64,000 nt of DNA from Octopus vulgaris (lineage: Eukaryota). The notes under the pieces are model-generated. The model ran no database searches. It worked only from the letters and a program-made list of their open reading frames with translations, and was not told the DNA's origin. Position 1 is the stretch's first letter. Each line of letters opens with the position of its first letter. Where the stretch lies: positions 29,760,001 through 29,824,000 of the forward strand of contig OX597839.1 in assembly GCA_951406725.2 (NCBI GenBank), in the 5' to 3' direction. A program made the position numbers and the translations under genes. Positions 58,976 through 64,000 of the stretch are shown piece after piece.

Positions 58976-60305
58976 TTAAACACTTTGACATCTTCGACTG
59001 CATGAGGAAATTAAATTTTCAATTTCTTGCTGGGTGATCTTATTCCATTCTTCCTGAAGGGCATTCCATAATTGCTCGGTTGTTTTAGGATTTCTGGCTT
59101 TCAAACGTTCTCCTAGAATATTCCACACATTTTCAATAGGATTGAGATCTGGGCTTTGAGCAGGCCAATCCATAATAATAACCTTTTCAGCCTTGAGGAA
59201 GTTCATGACCTCCTTAGCCTTGTGACATGGGGCATTGTCCTGCATGAATATGGGTGGTCGCTTAGTTGAATTTCTCAGCACAGGCAAGACGTGATCTTTT
59301 ACAAGTTGTTTATAAACTCCTGCATTTACATTTACATGTAATCGCAGCAAAGGGCCCACAACATCTCCAGATATCATCTCACAAACCATGACACTTCCTC
59401 CACCGAATTTAACACTAGTCTTAAGGCCATTTAGGCGACAATTTTTCACCTACTTTTCGACGAACGTACCTTTTCCCATCTGAGCCAAATAACATAGACT
59501 TAGATTCATCACTGAAATGCACCGTTTGCCATTTTTCTTGAGACCAAAACACATGTTCGGTTGCAAAGGTAAGACGACACTTTTTATTCTTGGAGCTGAT
59601 CAGTGGCTTTACTGCAGGTGATATTGCTTGTAGGTTATGTTCAACTAAGCGATGAGACACAGTTTTTCGAGATAACGTTTTCTTCAGTACAATGCTCATT
59701 TCCCAAGAAACAGCAGCAGCAGTTTTAAATCTGTCCTTTTTAACCAACTTTACCATAGCACGATCTTCTCTCGTGGTCGTTTTTCTTGGCCTACCTGTAG
59801 ACTTTCTTGCTTCACACGAACCACAATCATCGAAGACCTTAAGAATATCGTGAACAACACTTTTTGACTTGTTAACAATCTTTGCAATAGACCCAATACT
59901 TAAATTATCCTTCTTTCGAAGCTTAATAATCTGCTGACGAATTGGTAACGGAGTAAGTGGCATTATATTAACAAAGTACACTGCAGATATTCTTACTAAT
60001 GTTTAGTAAACGAACCATCACGTAAACAAATTCAAAACATTAGAGTTCGCCAGTTAAATATACTAAAACACGGAGTAAAAGCAACCGTTCAGATCATTTT
60101 GGCCGCCATGGGTTTTGCAGTAAATCACTAAATCATCCATAACTTTTGTATTATCCTCTCAAATTACACCAAACTCTCAGACAATAACAAATAATATTGT
60201 ATTTATTGTGTGTGCAAATTATTGAATATAAAACAACTTTGATAAAAACTTATACCTACTTTTCTGGCGAAAACAATGCCGTTCTGAACATTTTGGTCGC
60301 AAAAA
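58976..60305 (-). mobile_element. Tc1-family (DD34E) transposon, frameshifted and 3'-truncated
   Basis: HTH region with GRPRKTT, and FSDES, MQDNAPCH and WPAQSPDLNPIENVW motifs. Frameshift near 59435. Direct repeats CCGTTC(A/T)GA.CATTTTGG.CGC at ~60085 and ~60279 indicate an IR/DR-type end. Confidence 0.92.
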
Positions 60306-60343
60306 GCTTGCTGCGCATTTGTTTTGAGATTTTAAATTCCTGG

Positions 60344-60429
60344 ATTTTCCTGAAGAGAAAGCTGCAGAATGGTCTCCTTATTCAATCCGAATTTGGGAAT
60401 TTGCAGCCTTTGAAACATGTGTAGAAAAT
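60344..60429 (+). ncRNA. Type I hammerhead motif with long stem II
   Basis: ATTTTC CTGAAGA GAAAGCTGCA..TGCAGCCTTT GAAA CATGTG TA GAAAAT, followed immediately by AATAAA. Confidence 0.85.
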
Positions 60430-60637
60430 AATAAAAAGGAATTTTGTAGAATCTTCGTTCGGCTCCATTTCTTCCCTTCACTAAATATATAAAACTTCAA
60501 TTATCCGCGCTAAAACACGGGGGCGAAACCCCATGGTCGTAACCCCAACCGTGTCTTTTCTGGTGTGATTTTTGCTACACAGGTAACGGTGAAATTTTGA
60601 ATAATCCGTAACAAGCTAATTCATTTATCCATTTCAT

Positions 60638-60686
<49 letters not shown>

Positions 60687-60861
60687 GTTTAAATATTTGT
60701 TGTGCAAGATTTTTTATGTGAAGTCGTGTGTTGAAACAGATATTGTTATATTTCGGAATGGTCATATTGCCAGTTTAGCCAATAAAAAAGCACGCACTAT
60801 ATATTTGGTGTTATTTTGCTTCAGTGATATTTATTTTTTACATTAATCTTAATCTTATTTC

Positions 60862-60906
60862 GGCCAAAGTTCTTTCGTCACACTCCTGTGACCGCATCAG
60901 TGGTCC
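60862..60906 (-). ncRNA. Degenerate hammerhead, same family as 14440-14484
   Basis: GGACCA CTGATGC G GTCAC-AGGAGT-GTGAC GAAA GAAC TT TGGCC. About 200 bp of flank is shared with 14345-14580. Confidence 0.5.
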
Positions 60907-61090
60907 TTTGTTTTCTTCTCACTTATTTGTGTCTCTCCTTACTAACCGTCAGCCATTCTGTATTTCTATTGTATGTCTTCATTTGCGCATGCTTATATCT
61001 CTATGTGCGTCTATGTTTATTTATTGGCTAAACTGGCAATATGACCATTCCGAAATATAACAATATATATATATATACATTTATATATAC

Positions 61091-61139
<49 letters not shown>

Positions 61140-61143
61140 AATG

Positions 61144-61218
<75 letters not shown>

Positions 61219-61609
61219 TCTTTACTCTTTTACTTGTTTCAGTCATTTGACTGCGGCCATGCTGGAGCACCGCCTTTAATCGAGCAACTCGACCCCCGGG
61301 ACTTATTCTTTTGTAAGCCCAGTACTTATTCTATCGGTCTCTTTTGCCGAACCGCTAAGTAACGGGGACGTAAACACAGCAGCATCGGTTGTGAAGCAAT
61401 GCTAGACACACAAACATACACGCACACACATATATATATACATATATACGACGGGCTTCTTTTAGTTTCCGTCTACCAAATCCACTCACAAGGCATTGGT
61501 CGGCCCGGGGCTATAGCAGCAGACACTTACCCAAGGTGCCACGCAGTGGGACTGAACCCGGAACCATGTTGTTGCTTATCAAGCTACTTACCACACAGCC
61601 ACTCCTGCG

Positions 61610-61737
<128 letters not shown>

Positions 61738-61932
61738 CATGATACATATATCTGTATGTTTATATAAAATAAACGGAGAGATAGAATAAAAAAAGGTTTG
61801 ATGGCTAGCAGTCAGAAGCATCCATCATCGACTGGGATGAAAGCTGCCAAAATTCTACTGTGAATATTTAAAGTTATTCACTTAAATTATATTGAACATA
61901 CAGTATATAAGAAATGCTTAACTTTCATGTTT

Positions 61933-62020
<88 letters not shown>

Positions 62021-62021
<1 letters not shown>

Positions 62022-62565
62022 GGTGGACGCGCCTGAAAGGATTAGAGACAAACACTTTCCTCTCTGGTCAATCTCTCATCAACTTCTTCAAGTACCACTT
62101 GAAAAGGAGAGTGGAGAGGCAAGTTTTGTCTAGTAAATATTTTAAAAAAAGATGGGTGAATGTAGCAAGGATGGCACGTATGAATGACGAAGCCACCTTG
62201 ACCATGATCCTATGAACCGTAAAAATTAATACAGAAAGTTGCTTATTTGTAAAAAATTATAAATGTGACTTCATTGACCGAGGTTACCGTGGTCTTTCTT
62301 TCCACGTAAGCCTTTCTTTCCACGGGTAAACTTTACCTGTCCTCCCTTTTACACTTTATATTGACATTTCTGTGACAACGATCCCTATTGATAGATTTTT
62401 TCTTTTTCTTTTTATCCCCCGCCTTTTTTTGCTTCCCTCTTTCTTTCTTTTTACGATCCGTTTTGATCGAAAACCAAACCCCCTTTTTTCTATCCCCAAA
62501 AAGTTAAGCTCTACCTTGTAAGTTGTCAAGTCTGTGTGCAGCCCTGTATGGCTAATAAAGAAACA

Positions 62566-62566
<1 letters not shown>
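62021..62566 (+). mobile_element. Short 3' fragment of a Tx1/L1-like LINE in (TATC)n
   Basis: WTRLKGLETNTFLSGQSLINFFKYHLKRRVERQVLSSKYFKKRW ORF2-end-like peptide, a pyrimidine-rich UTR and AATAAA, then (TATC)n. Confidence 0.7.
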
Positions 62567-62655
<89 letters not shown>

Positions 62656-62656
<1 letters not shown>

Positions 62657-64000
62657 AAGGTGTTAGCCAAGAGGTTGGCGCTTGTCATCGAGAAACTGGT
62701 CGACAAGGCGCGAACGTGCGCCGTGCCCGGCCGGACCATCCATGACAATCTCCACCTGATACGCTACATCATTGACAGGGTAGTTAACGAACCTGGCATG
62801 GGTGGGGCGCTGATCAATTTGGATCAATCGAAAGCTTTCGATAGGGTAGACCATCGATACTTGGAGGCGGTCCTCTGAGCGGCTGGCTTCGGTCCCGTCT
62901 TTCGCAGTTGGATAGCCGCTTTTTACAGAGGCATCCGTTCGGTAATTCGTGTAAATGGACATCTATCGAGACCTTTCGACATCGCACGTTCGGTCTGTCA
63001 GGGATGCCCCCTCTCGGCGCTTCTATACGTATTGACTCTCGAGCCACTATTGCGGAAGCTGGCGACTCTGAGGGGCATCCCGCGAGAACTGGGATGCGGG
63101 ACGAGCGTATCTGCATACGCGGACGACGTCACCGTCATAATGTCTAGCCACGTGCACATCGAGCAGGTCGGCGAGACACTGAAAAACTACGAAGCGGTGA
63201 CAGGAGCAAAAATCAACCGGGAAAAGTCAGTGGGCTTGCGACTAGGCACCTGGAGAAGCAAGCCCGTGCCGTCCACCAGCGCCTCCATCGTGGGACGCTA
63301 GACCGACGGCCCGGTTAAGTTGCTCGGGGTCTGGTTTGGTCCGGACCTCCAAGTGGAGAAGAACTGGAACGAGATAACGAGTAGGGTGGTCACTCTCGCC
63401 CGGCAGTGGGCCGAGAGGAAACTGTCCCTAAAAGGTCGGGCGGAGGTGGCGAACACGTACATCGCGTCCGTCATCTACTACAGCCTGACCGTCGTGCCTT
63501 GTCCCGACCCTACCATCATCAAACTAGAACGCATTCTCTTTCGCTTCTTGTGGAAAGGATGCGTCCCGATGGTCAGGCGATCCATTTGCTGTCAACACCC
63601 GTCTCCATGACCGAACTGCAGTCGTGGATCAAAAAGAGGCCGAGGAAGGGCGAATGGCACCGCGAGAGTCGCGTTGCTCTCAAGCAACTCTGCTGTCCTG
63701 GGTCGACCTTGAGTGACTTCATTACAACCAAGGCATTATATAGGGGATTAGTGGAGGGGAGGTACGACGACGATCTTGGGGCGAACCTGGACGTCGACGA
63801 GGAGTACCTGACCCGCCTGTTCGGGACGATTTTCGGGCCAGGGCCCATGGACAACTTCCAGAGATCCCTGGCCTGGCAGTGCTACCGAGAAGCGCTACCC
63901 GTTCGGGATAAGCTCTACAGACATGGCTCGAGAAACACGGGGCCGACCTGCCCGAGATGCGGTCAGAGCGACGAAACCGTTCTGCACGCACTCGTGCTGT
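62656..64000 (+). mobile_element. 5'-truncated Tx1/L1-clade LINE RT, starting directly in (TATC)n and running off the window
   Basis: YKVLAKRL..PGRTIHDNL..LDQSKAFDRVDH, QGCPLS, SAYADDVTV, KINREKS, LLGVWFG, LSLKGR and a C-terminal CPRC..ETVLH motif, with in-frame stops. Confidence 0.92.

Overview
Eukaryotic, AT-rich, microsatellite-saturated DNA. The SINE/LINE repertoire and microsatellite density suggest a coleoid cephalopod such as Octopus (inference). One intact protein-coding gene can be assembled by hand on the + strand: 9 coding exons, 6234-28141, 1206 nt, 401 aa. It encodes a signal peptide, an acidic repeat region, a KR site, an EMI-like domain, six calcium-binding EGF domains and a Pro/Thr tail. 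Its last exon and 3' flank are present again in inverted orientation at about 38.8-40.3 kb. The rest is transposon-derived: a full-length mariner, a Tc1, an RTE LINE with three C2H2 fingers, R4/Dong-like LINEs in (TAA)n, Tx1-like LINEs in (TATC)n, and three tRNA-derived SINE families. The most striking feature the ORF track does not show is about 16 minimal type I hammerhead-ribozyme motifs from several unrelated sequence families, mostly in short (TA)n-flanked and often fold-back elements. They include natural C3-G8, G3-C8 and U3-A8 core covariants and large structured stem II insertions. One copy lies in sense just downstream of the gene's poly(A) signals and one lies in sense in an intron. 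All coordinates were read by eye, and repeat boundaries are approximate.
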